From the NCBI GenBank assembly GCA_002104945.1, contig MCFH01000040.1:434001-498000 (forward strand): 64,000 nt of DNA, given 5' to 3'. Below the pieces are notes generated by a model. It had not been told where the DNA came from and did not search any database. It worked only from the letters and a program-made list of their open reading frames with translations. This DNA is from Piromyces finnis finn (Eukaryota; Fungi; Neocallimastigomycota). Positions 52,191 to 64,000 of the stretch are shown here, one piece after another. The position numbers and the translations under genes were made by a program. Each line of letters starts with the position of its first letter. Positions within the stretch are counted from its first letter, which is position 1.

Positions 52191-54248
52191 GAAGCTATAC
52201 TGGTATAATTAGATAAAAATATACTTAAAGAACAAAAAATAAAATAAAATAAAATAAAATGTTAGTTTATTATATTATTTGAATTAAATTATTTATATTA
52301 AAAATATAATTTATTTCAAAATTATATATTTTTAAAGCACTATTTTTTAATTTTTATTCGTATATAAAATATATTTATATATAAAATAAAAATATAAAAA
52401 GAGGAAAAAGTTTTTATTATTATTAATTATAAATATACTCTTAGATATTTATAATAATTGTTTGTTAATTGAATTTCTATAATAGAATTAAATCTTAATT
52501 CGAATAAGATTTTAATTTGAAATTTTGTGTATTAATAAATTTGATATTTATTATTATTGTTATTATATATATATATATATATTTTAAAAAGAAGGAAAAA
52601 AAAGTTGTAAAAGCAATACATTTTCTTCTAAATATATACTTTATAGTAATCTCAGTATTTTAAAAAAATGTTATTTTAATAGAAAGTTTTTTTTTTCTGG
52701 ATAATTATAGGAATATAAAAAATTATTTTATTTACATGCTTATATTTTTATTACTTACAGTAATTGACAATACAAAAATAAGAGTATACGATGTTTTCAA
52801 AATATAATAATTTTGAAGTATCCAATATTATATATAATTTATGGGAAAATACTTAATGTTATTAATATTATTTTTATATTAATTCCTTTTTATGTTTTTA
52901 TTTTTTTTATGTTAATAGCTTTGTTTTTGTTTTTTAGTTTTTTAAAATAAAAAACATTATTTTAAAATATTAAATTTATATAAAGAATATTTCCAATAAT
53001 TCAAATATAATTTAAATTTTTAATTTATTGATTAATATATTATAATAAATTATAATATATTATACATCAATAAATTTTTAATTAAATAATTATATTTAAC
53101 AACACTACTATGGTTAAACACAATCAATATTGACTAGAGAGAGAGTAGTTATAGTTTTTACTTTTTCGTAATTTGAGTAATAAAAAAATAATAATTAAAC
53201 TATTAGATCAATTATAACTATACTTTTCAAACTTTTCTTAAATATGTGATGTTTAAATATTATATTTTTTATTAATCCAGATATCTATTCATATATTGTG
53301 TAATGAATGTGATTTTAATTTTTTTTCATTATGTGCTATAATAATAAAATGTTAGATTTTAAATAGGAAGAATTATTATAAATATAATAGTTTCCCTTTT
53401 TTTTATTGAAAATTGAAAATATACTATATACTGATTAAGGATATTTGAATATTTTTATTTTATTTTAAAAAAGACCTTTTAATACTATATAACTAGTTGA
53501 TTATATATTATTTAATTTTTCATCTTTTTTATTTGCAAAAATTATTAATAAATATAATTTGAACTTTTTAAAGTGATTTTATTGGACTGATTGGTATTTT
53601 CAAAAATTTTTTTATAATTTTTTTTTATTTATTTCTTTTATAAATAGTTAATATTAAAATATATTTTGGAGAACATTTTTTATTTGTATATTTTATTCAA
53701 TAGGTAAAGGAGAATAATTAAGATTATTGCTATTGTTATTTTATCATTATATAAAATATAAATTATAATAAATCATAAGAGTAAATAATAATTATATTAC
53801 TTATAAGAAGTAATATAGTTGAAATGTTAATTTATTCATATGGAAATATAATATTGTAATTTTATTATGAATAAATTAAAAGAAAGAAAAAAAAAATATT
53901 TAAACTAAATGATTATCATATTAAATATGTTAGACATATTAAATAATTAAAATTATTCATTTAAAATAAAACTATTTGCTATTATTTTTGATATTTTAAT
54001 CTATCAATATTTAATTTAGTAAAATTATTGCTTATATATTAATACTTTTTTTCTTTTTTTACATTACTTTTAACATTTAATATATCTCAAATATTCAAAT
54101 ATAATTATAAATTTAACAAATAAACCAATATATTTTTAAATTAATAATATTATTTTATTATTCAATTATAAAAACAACACTATTACATCAATAACATAAT
54201 AATACAATAACAACAATAATAAAAAAAAGGTAAAATATAATATATAAA

Positions 54249-56246
<1,998 letters not shown>

Positions 56247-56871
56247 ATATAATAATTAATTTTTTTTATTTATTATGTAACTATTTATTACATAGTATTT
56301 AATTTATATGATGTAATAAATAACTTTTATTATTAGTAATGGTATTTATAGTTAAAAAAGAGAATTTAATGTTATTTAATATTTCTTTTTTTTTTTTTTT
56401 AATTGTTATAATTTTTTTTTAAATTTTTTAAAACGGTTTATTTTATTTCAAAATGTTTATTTATAATTTAGAATAGTTAATCTCATAAGAAGAAAAAAAA
56501 AAATTAAATTAAATAAATATAGATTAATGTGCAAAATTTACTAGATATATTGCTATTTACAAATTGTAAAAATTTTTTATAATTAAAATAATTTTATAAA
56601 TATTTTGACTTTCTAATGATGATATCTTTCCTATAAATTGTCAACCATGCCAATTTATTATTTTATTTCTGGGTTAATATTACAACCTTGACATACTATA
56701 CTAGTCATTAACATATTTATTTTTTTTTTTTATATAAACTCACATTATAATAAGTGATAATACATCTATAAATGAAAATAATTAACATATATAAACAAAA
56801 AATAAAATATGAATTTAAAACGATTCATTTATTAATTTAATAACTATATAATATTTAAGAATATTAAAATT

Positions 56872-56904
<33 letters not shown>

Positions 56905-57111
56905 ACATTGTAAAATATTGCGTATATTTAAATAAAATTTAAAATTTGGTTATATAGTCAATTTCATTTTTATTCTGCAGTTATATATTATTTATTCTAT
57001 AAATATTTACAAATTGAACTATATTAATATTTAATAATATAAAAAAAGAAAATGATAATAATATTAAATATTTTATGCATTTTCATATAATTCTAAAGTC
57101 TATTTATCTTT

Positions 57112-59533
57112 CTAATAACGTATAGTAATATTATTCATTTGTTTTCTATTTTGTCTTAAAAGAATTGGGAAAATAGAAGAGTACATCATTTCAACAATTT
57201 CATTTTTAGCATTATCAAACATTCCTATAGTTGGATAAGAACACATTTCTCCATATATTTGCTTGATAGTAGAACCAGATATATTAACTGAGGCTGGTCC
57301 CAAACTATCAATGAAGGTATGGTAAAAGCTAATATAGTATGTCATTAATTCTCTTGGGACTGGCATATTTGGATCGTATGAATATTCATCCATTGATGAG
57401 ACAGAGAATGTTTGTAATTGTTGTTGATAATAACCTTCAAAATCATACTGACTAACAAGTCTTGGATTACCAATTCTTTCGGCTTTCTTAAATTCTATCT
57501 GATAGCGGTAAACCATTTTTTGTAATATTTGATAATTTTCCCAAAATAAGACATTTTCTACAGAAAATTCTTTAATAGCAATAGATTTTAATTCTTCAAT
57601 AAGTGGAGGTGAATTTAATACTTTATAGAAATACTGAATTGAACTTGTTGGCTATAATATAATAATATAATATATATTAATATTTTTTTTTTTTTAATTT
57701 TAATTCATATTATTATTAATAATACTTACTTCATGGAAATATTTATTTTTTTCTTTCTTTGAATTATAACATTTTATAATAGGCAATATAATTGATGAAA
57801 ACAACATATAACATGAAATTATACTAAATAAAACTCTACCACCTTTGGTATAATCAAATATAATTGTATATATTTTCTTTGGTAATTTATAATTTTGTTT
57901 TAAAAATATACTTTCAAGGGTTTTATATAATATTTCTCCTCTTAATCCTTTTTGCATTAAACTGCCTTTTATACCATTATAAGCTCCAATAGAGGCTTGA
58001 ACATTAGAATTAAGCATGAAATTAAAAGCTGTTATGACTATAATTAAAATAATAGTACTGATACACTCAAACTTTATATATAAATAAATACATAAATAAT
58101 TAGTTTTTAAAATGATAATTAATAAAAATAATTTACATCTAAATAAAGTTTTATATTTTAAATTCTTTTACCTTTGCACCATATTTACTACTATCCTTAA
58201 CTTTAGCTAAAAAGAATAACACTATAAGAAATGCACCTGCAAAAATCAAACCACTATATTGTGCAACAGTAAATAAACTGTGGGCACTATTATCAGTCTT
58301 TAATTGTTCAGTTGGGGACATTCCAAAGACTTCAAATCTATATTTTTTAAATTATTTATTTATTCATGTTACTACAAAAAATTTTTTTCTTATAAATTTT
58401 ATATTATTTAATTACATACTTGCATTTGTCAAAATTTAAAATATGTATTATCAATGTTATTATGAAGGCGGTCAACTTTAATAATTAAAAACATAAAACA
58501 ATCAATTATTTAAATATTTATATTTTTAATTATTATTTTAAATATAATTTACCGTTGGGATAAGTATAACTCCATAAATAATTTTGTCTACTTTATTATA
58601 AATTTTTGGAAGATAATAATTTGGTTCCTTCTCTCCTATGTAGGATTCTTTTAATTTAAATCTACCACTTTTCTTTTTTAAAGCAGTAACTATTAATTTT
58701 TTTATTGCATAATGAAAGGGTAAAATATTATTTTATTAATTATTATTTTTAATGAATACGTATTTTTACAAATAATTAAATTTACCTTTAAAAATGTTGA
58801 AATGATATAACAATACAATTCTTAAACTTCTACTTAAAAATCTACAATTTATGATTTAATTTATAAAACAATTAATATAAACATGAACCTTATCCCCAAA
58901 AAATTAATATATATACAAATTAGCGTACATTGCATTATAGAATGGATTGACTACATCAGAAGTATATAAATTAACTATTTTATATTTAATATATATAATA
59001 TTTAATTTTAACCTTTTTAACTCTTTATTCCATTTTAAATATATTATGAATCTACCTGGACATGGGACATTTTCATAGAATTGAACCAACTATAATTATT
59101 TAATTTAATATATATTATATTATTAATACATTATACTCTCTATATATTAAAATACATTATATTAAAACTTACTAAAGTCATTGCACCACTGAAAAAGGCA
59201 GATATACCATTAGTAAATGTTAAATTAAAATTTCTTTGTTTAATAATGTACCAATTTCTCAAATGATAAAACCTTTTTTATTAAAAGTTTAAATTATTAT
59301 TAGATAATTATGTTAAAATAAAATTTCTTTTATTGGAAATGACAATAAAAAGAAAAAACTTACATTCCTAAAGAAAAAATTCCTATTACCATATATATTA
59401 TAAATATTACCAAGTAAACTTTTTTCATTATGTCTTTTTTTCTATTATAACTTTCAATAAACTCAATATCTTGAGTATTATTCATAAATTTATGCATTTC
59501 TTCAAAATCTATTGATTCAAATAAACCCCCCAT
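57112..59533 (-). CDS. Seven-transmembrane protein with C-terminal RGS domain (7TM-RGS; GprK/AtRGS1-type architecture), about 10 exons
   Basis: Exons spliced in frame give 7 hydrophobic segments, with WYIIKQRNFNL after TM1, RSLRIVLLYHFN after TM3, EPNYYL, and KVKDSSKYGAKFE. The RGS box is LIEELKSIAIKEFSVENVLFWENY...SLGPASVNISG...MFDNAKNEIVEMMYSSIFP. Confidence 0.85.
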
Positions 59534-61097
59534 CTTTATTATATTAAAGAGATATTTAGTAAATAATTAATTTAACATTATTTAATTATATACATAATTC
59601 TTATTCTATTTTTACCTTTGCTACTTTTTAAATGAATAAATTTTAATTTTGAATTTTTAGTATTATTTTAATATTTTTATTCTACAATTTATAATACTTT
59701 TTAAATAATTTAACTTTTACAATATATTATATATATAATAATATATATAATATATTTGTTTTTAAATATTATATCAAGATTAAATTAATTAATTAAATTT
59801 TAGTTTATTATATTCTTGATAAGAATTAATTTTTCCTTTTCTATTTATTCTAATTTAAACTATCAATAATTAACAGAAAACATTTAATAAATAAATATTT
59901 TGTGAATAATTTATCTTTAAATTTTATATATTTATTTAAAATATACTGATTTATTGTTTTATTTATTTTTAATATTTATATTAATTCTTTATAACTTTGA
60001 AATAAATGTTAATTATTTTCTATTTTTTTTTAAAAATTTATTAAATTTATTTATCAATATATTTTTTTTTTATTTAATAAATATATAAAATTTAAACAAC
60101 AAAGTTATAAAAAAAAGTTTATTTTTGTAATTTTTTAAAATGCTGTTTGAGAATTAACATTAAGGAAATACTCTATTATATATAATAATATTTCCAAGGT
60201 TTGATATTTAATTATTAAAATTATTGTATTAGTAATAAACGACTCTTTATTTGTTCTTAATATATTATTATATATTAACGTTTTATTATTATTATATGAT
60301 TTTAATACCAAATAAATATATTAATATATTAACTCTTTTTTTTAATTAATTCTTATATTATCTGTTACATTTATTTGATACAGATGAAATGAAAAAATAA
60401 TCTTAATTAATAATATAAATTATATTAAATAATATATATATAAATTGTCCCCATAATTTTTAACTATTATTCTATTAAATATATTATAAAACTTTTATAA
60501 ACACATATTAATTAAAGTTTATTTTTTTTCATTAATATAATTTAATTAATTATTTTTTTACCTTTTTATTTATATTGGATAGAATATTTATTATATTAAA
60601 TATAAATTAAAAACAATATAATCTATTTTATAAGTAAAAATAATATATTTATTTAATGTATATAATTAAAAATATATATAAAAATAATACATTGTAATAA
60701 ATAGAAATATTAATTGAAGTTACAATGATATAATAATAAATATTAATATATACATTCTTAAAATTTTTTTATTTTTTTATATAATTATATAATTCATTCA
60801 AATATATATAATTCCTAATTTGGAGGTTTATAAATTATAGGTGTTTCATATTTTATTATTATAATCATATAACTATTCTCGTAATATAATTATATTTCTT
60901 TTAACCTTTATCTATTGACCAATAAAGTTTAATTGTTATGCAAGAATTTTTTTTAAATATATATTCTTTTATATATTTATATTATATTAGTTATAAGTTA
61001 TAATAAAAGATATTGAATATTATATAATACTATAAAGGTCAAGGTCAGTATATTATAATTTTAAAGTTAATAACTATAGTTATATGAGATGTCATTT

Positions 61098-61210
61098 AAA
61101 TTTTCAATTTATATTAATATAGACTATTAAAAAACGATTAATAAAGTGAATAGCTATTATTAAAATTTTCAATTTACATTAATATAGATTATTAAAAAAC
61201 AATTAATAAA
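61098..61210. repeat. Tandem duplication: two 48-bp copies with a 65-bp period and 3 mismatches
   Basis: aaattttcaatttatattaatatagactattaaaaaacgattaataaa (61098-61145) vs aaattttcaatttacattaatatagattattaaaaaacaattaataaa (61163-61210). Confidence 0.9.
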
Positions 61211-63290
61211 ATATTATTTGTGGTCAATTATAATTAAGGATTTTTAATTCATCCATTTTAAATATTTTAAATTTATTAGTTTTTTTTAAAAATTTATTAT
61301 GATAGTGATAATTTAATAATCAATAATTTAATAATATTAAAAAAAATAAGTATAATAATATTAATAATGAATTAATGATAAATTCAATAATAAAAAGAAA
61401 ATCAATTTGATTTGATGAAATAATTTTTTTCATATTTCTTTAATTTTTTTTTCTTACATAATGTGAAAAAAAATAAAGATAATAAATTAATCCGCCATAC
61501 ATAATGTATAATGTGAATAAAAAAATGTTATTTTCATTTAAATTAAATAAAATAATAGATAATTGATTAAATTAGTAAATGTTTTATATTTTGAATTTAA
61601 TATCATAATCATTTTCTAATACCATTAACATTATTATTATTATTGAAAACTTCATTAATGTTATAAATTGCTTTCTTGATGAAATGTTTTTTAATATTTT
61701 ATTTTTAAAAGTATGAATTATATTAATTATTTAAATTCCTCAGCTTTGATTTAATATTGCTTTATTATGGGAGAAATAATTTTTCTGTTGATAAAAGCAT
61801 ATTAATTAATTGAAAGTAATGAATATTCCTTTATTCCTAATTAAATATTAATAATAAGGTTTAGATTAAATGAATATTGTTTTGATGCCATGAGGTATGT
61901 TATATTGTTTTTTTTTTAAATACATAGACTTTATTAAATATTATAATTGTTTCTATTTTTTCTACATATATATTTACCTAATTAACTATTATATATATTA
62001 CATATATTATCTAATATCAAAATGAAATATTAAAAGCAAAAGTAATTTTATTATTAATTTATTATATTATAGAATAATTAAGATATGAAAATCAATTTAT
62101 ACAATATATTATGATATACTATTTATAATATATTATTTCCAATTTTGGAAGGTTAAATTTTATTGGATTAAAAATATAAAACATTATTTAGTTAAAAAAA
62201 GAAACTATTGAAAAATTTAATTTATTTTAAAATAATAAAAATAAAAATAACTTCAATATTATTATTTTTTTTTTATATATATTTTATTCATATTATTTTT
62301 ATTTATGTTTTTTAATAATTATTTATATTTATTTATAATCATAAATTTATTGAAATAACAAAAATCTTCATACACTTGGTAATATTTTTCTTTGAATTAT
62401 ACAGCTTTTATTATTATTATTTAAATTTGAATTTAATGGATTTTTAGGAAAATTTTTTAATATTAAATATGAAAATATTAATAAACTTTATTTTAAATAA
62501 GATTTTATGAACTTGTGTAATCTTGATAAAACATTATTTCATATTTTTTAATCTATTTTTTTAAATTTATATTAACTTTAATTAATATAAATTCTGTTAT
62601 GTGCTTAATAATGGCTATTTATTATTGAAAAAATATTTAATGTGTATAATTTATATTATTATTTTTTTATATTACATAGAATAAGATTTTTTTCATTTAA
62701 TTATTAAAATATTAATGTACTATAATAAGTTTTTTATGAAATCTATAATAAAAACTATAAGCTCTTTGAATTACTTTTCATTAATAGTCTTGTTGATAGA
62801 TTTTATATTTATATTTTAGGCTTTTATTAATAATATGATGTAATTATAAAATTTTATTAATTAAATTTATTCGGAACATTCCTGACCAATTAGAAAGTAG
62901 AATTTTTTAAATTTTTATTTTATAAAAAGGTTGATTAAATTTTTTCTTTTTACTTTTACAGATACTTTAAGAAAATCTATTAAATTTGTTATAATCATTT
63001 GTTAATTTAATGACATTAATAAACATTATAGGTACTAAAATAAAGTAATGTATTTAATGTCTCTTGATTTATAATGATAATAATAATAAAAAAATAATAT
63101 AACATTCATTCATTATAGTTTTTTTCTGTAAAATATACAGAAATACATAATTATTAAATAGAATTATTATAATTAATTATAAAATAAAATTTATTAATAT
63201 ATTAAATAATAATTTATTGGGAGAAGAATTTTTTCCTTTCTCTCTCTTTTTTTTTTTTTTTTTTTTTTTTATTTCTAATAAAATATATAT

Positions 63291-63358
63291 TTTCTTAAAC
63301 TTTTTAATTAAAATATAATAAAGTATATTTTTTCTTAAACTTTTTAATTAAGATATAA
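63291..63358. repeat. Tandem duplication: two 28-bp copies with a 40-bp period
   Basis: tttcttaaactttttaattaaaatataa (63291) vs tttcttaaactttttaattaagatataa (63331). Confidence 0.85.
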
Positions 63359-64000
63359 GGTTAAGATTTATAGTAAGTCTGTTGAATAATTATTATTAAT
63401 AATTATCAACACCAATGATTTTTTATTTTTTTTTTTTTTAATTAAAAAATTAAATTTAAACTAATATTTTTAAACTTTCTATTACTTTATATTAAAAGTA
63501 TAATATTTGTTATTAAAATTTATTATTTTTATAAATAAATAATAATAATATTATTATGTAATTACTATTTGTTTTCAATGTAAAGATTTTGTATTTATCA
63601 AAAAAAAACAAAAACAAAAACAAAAAACAAAATGATTATAATCATTGATTATAATTATAATATTGTATTGAATATATCAATTTTTATTGAAATTAAATAA
63701 GTTATATAATATAAATTTATTTATTATTATATTATATATTACATGATTCTATGTACTTTAAATAATAGTAACTAGATGTACGAATCCTAAATTCTAATAC
63801 TAATTCCAATAACAAGAATAACAAAAATAATATAATAATAATTAAAAAATAATTATAGCTTATAAAAATTATAAAAATAATAATTTTTGTAATAATTAGG
63901 AGAAGAAAAGAAGACAATTAACTCTATTTTCAATACCCTTCTCAAAAGTATTCTTTCCGGTATTTTTATGTTGTGGGGCTTGCGGAATTCTTTACTAATA

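Noticed and set aside
61098-63358. Direct repeats with spacers as a possible CRISPR-like array
   Set aside because: Only two copies each, in eukaryotic context with no cas genes; these are simple tandem duplications.
63895-64000. GC-richer stretch at the window edge, possibly an exon
   Set aside because: More than one frame is open over ~100 nt and none gives a recognisable motif; it cannot be resolved without flanking sequence.

Overview
Eukaryotic, extremely AT-rich, intron-dense genomic DNA. A fungal-specific Zn2Cys6 factor, a centriole protein (CCDC77-like) and the extreme AT bias together point to a zoosporic fungus, most likely an anaerobic gut fungus (Neocallimastigomycota); this assignment is inference. 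I reconstructed 18 spliced protein-coding genes by hand from GT-AG junctions: ATF/CREB bZIP (5' partial), PEX14, PPIL2, a UPF0658-like membrane protein, Ert1/AcuK-type regulator, TTC1, Sec61-gamma, DNA polymerase epsilon catalytic subunit, Gyp7 Rab-GAP, CCDC77, a 3-domain gelsolin/severin, RSL1D1/Utp30, SmE, Dph3, an MBOAT acyltransferase, a ~1000-aa coiled-coil protein, a Nop13-like 2xRRM protein and a 7TM-RGS protein. Several of these are invisible or fragmentary in the ORF track. I found no rRNA, tRNA, CRISPR or recognisable transposon ORF. The most interesting signals are: an intact PEX14 in a probable anaerobe; a complete 7TM-RGS receptor-like gene; a shared RTCAYGTGAT element in all three short head-to-head promoters; unusual 3' splice sites (oligo-A or long (AAT)n tracts instead of polypyrimidine); and 3'-biased intron absence in long genes. 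This looks like mostly housekeeping sequence, and I do not claim a wholly new system.
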